A DNA stretch of 17,833 bases, taken from NCBI GenBank assembly GCA_963818475.1, contig CAWFSF010000007.1, positions 1-17,833 on the forward strand, given 5' to 3'. Below the pieces are notes generated by a model. The model was not told where the DNA came from. It saw only the letters and a list, made by a program, of their open reading frames with translations, and did not search any database. This document shows positions 16,574 through 17,833 of this stretch, piece by piece (within the stretch, counting starts at the first letter, position 1; every line of letters starts with the position of its first letter). The position numbers were made by a program, and so were the translations under genes. The DNA is from Nitrospirota bacterium. Its GTDB lineage: Bacteria > Nitrospirota > UBA9217.

Positions 16574-17502
16574 ATGCCGCAGATACTATCGGTCAGCAGG
16601 AGAACGGATATCCCGGCCTTCTACGCAGCATGGTTCGTCAATCGGCTCAAGGCGGGCCATGTCTTTGTGACGGCAGCCCTATTCCGGGAAGATGCAGCAG
16701 GTGTCGCTGACGCCGCAGGACCTGAGCGCCATCGTTTTCTGGTCGAAGAATTATGCTCCACTCCTCCCGTGGCTCGAAACGATCGAACAGAGCACGAAGA
16801 ACCTTTTTTTTCATTTTACCATTACCGCGAACCGCGAACTTGAGCTGAACGTACCCGATCATCGCGAGGTGATCCGGGACTATCTGTATCTTGCGAAACG
16901 CTACGGACCGGAGCGGCTTGTCTGGCGCTACGACCCGATCTGTATCACGGACAAGTTGTCCTTTGCCGTTCATGAAGAACGCTTCGTTCAATGCGCGGAG
17001 CTGCTCAAAGGGAGTGCAGACCGATGCATTATCAGCTTTGTCCAGCCCTATAAGCGGGCACTTTCCAATCTGAGCAAATATACCGACCATACCCTGGTCG
17101 ACGTGCCGGAAGAACTAAAGCAGGAATACGCCGAGCGTCTGGCAATAAGGGCGGAGCAATACGGGATCTCGTTGTTCGCCTGCTGCAACGATCATCTGCT
17201 GTCGGAAAAGATCAAGAAGGCAAGCTGCATAGACGGTGCATCGTCTTTCGGCACTCTTTAACGCAGCCATTGATACGCGGCTGGCCGCAACACGCAAGGA
17301 ATGCGCCTGCACCCGGAGCATTGATATCGGCGCCTACGATACCTGCGCCCATGGATGCGTGTACTGCTATGCAAATTCCGACAAGAACAGGGCAGGGAAG
17401 GCACAGTTGGTGCATGATCCATCATGGAATTCGTTGACCAGGAACGTTGATGAGGAGGAGCAAGAATTTGTCCGGGCGAAGGGTCAGCAGCAGCTGTTTT
17501 GA
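16574..17502 (+). CDS. DUF1848 domain protein (radical-SAM-like, C-terminal CxxxCxxC), two +1 frameshifts (near 16670 and 17238)
   Basis: ILSVSRRTDIPAFY..WF.NRL, IVFWSKN, WRYDPI, CID, CAC..SIDIGAYDTCAHGCVYCYAN across three ORFs. RBS AAGGAG before ATG 16574. Confidence 0.9.
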
Positions 17503-17573
17503 AAACCTGATTTTCAGCGACCGCGGGACGAAGGGGCAGAATCGTTGCAAATGTTTAAAAGTCCTTCCTTAAT

Positions 17574-17693
17574 CTACAGTCGACCGAGTACCGTGATTGT
17601 ATAGAGATTACATCCGCAACAGAAAGCTCCGAACTTTGAACTCGAACATATCTTTGCGTCTCTCGCTTCTAAATCCCTCGGTCCGCTACAGTC
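17574..17693. repeat. Long imperfect inverted repeat flanked by an 8-bp direct repeat
   Basis: CTACAGTC at 17574-17581 and 17686-17693. GACCGAG/CTCGGTC termini, with inner pairings TAGA/TCTA and CGCAACAGA/TCTTTGCG. Confidence 0.55.
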
Positions 17694-17696
17694 CAC

Positions 17697-17831
17697 TTAT
17701 TCTAATTTGTCGAGCAATGAGAACGCAGTAATTCTTAATTCCTCCTCTAGACCTGCTGACACTTCAGGACATCCAGGTCTAAGAGGGTGAAGTGCCTCCT
17801 TAACTGACCGGGCAAAATTCATACCCTCAAG
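17697..17831 (-). CDS. 3' end of an unknown gene running in from beyond the window
   Basis: Open frame from the window edge: LEGMNFARSVKEALHPLRPGCPEVSAGLEEELRITAFSLLDKLE*. No family recognised. Confidence 0.45.
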   Translation of the reverse strand, partial: LEGMNFARSVKEALHPLRPGCPEVSAGLEEELRITAFSLLDKLE

Positions 17832-17833
17832 TT

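Noticed and set aside
17574-17693. Canonical integron attC or retron msr/msd
   Set aside because: No RYYYAAC/GTTRRRY ends and no integrase or reverse transcriptase in the window. Kept only as an unclassified element.

Overview
Bacterial accessory/housekeeping mosaic. The σ54 nitrogen promoter, Crp/Fnr-type promoter and repeat families suggest an anaerobic Desulfobacterota/Nitrospirota-like genome, but this is inference only. + strand, in order: a small lmo0937-family membrane protein missed by the ORF track, an AI-2E transporter, a PqiA-family protein with a long N-terminal extension, a short gene remnant, a translationally coupled GC-rich pair (Fe-S/FAD oxidoreductase plus extended SDR reductase), a PfpI C-terminal remnant, YihY, AsmA, a σ54-driven glnK-amtB operon, and a stand-alone Cys-rich Fe-S domain gene behind a class II Crp/Fnr-type promoter. 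− strand: a tolC-emrA-emrB efflux operon. Then DUF1848 (+) and the 3' end of an unknown gene (−). Five genes carry seven frameshifts, mostly single-base insertions and most likely sequencing errors. The intergenic regions hold several different REP/MITE-like repeats. The best novelty candidates are the Fe-S/FAD oxidoreductase + reductase cassette between two gene remnants (possible lipid or ether-lipid chemistry), the regulatory architecture around glnK-amtB, and a direct-repeat-flanked long hairpin at 17574-17693.
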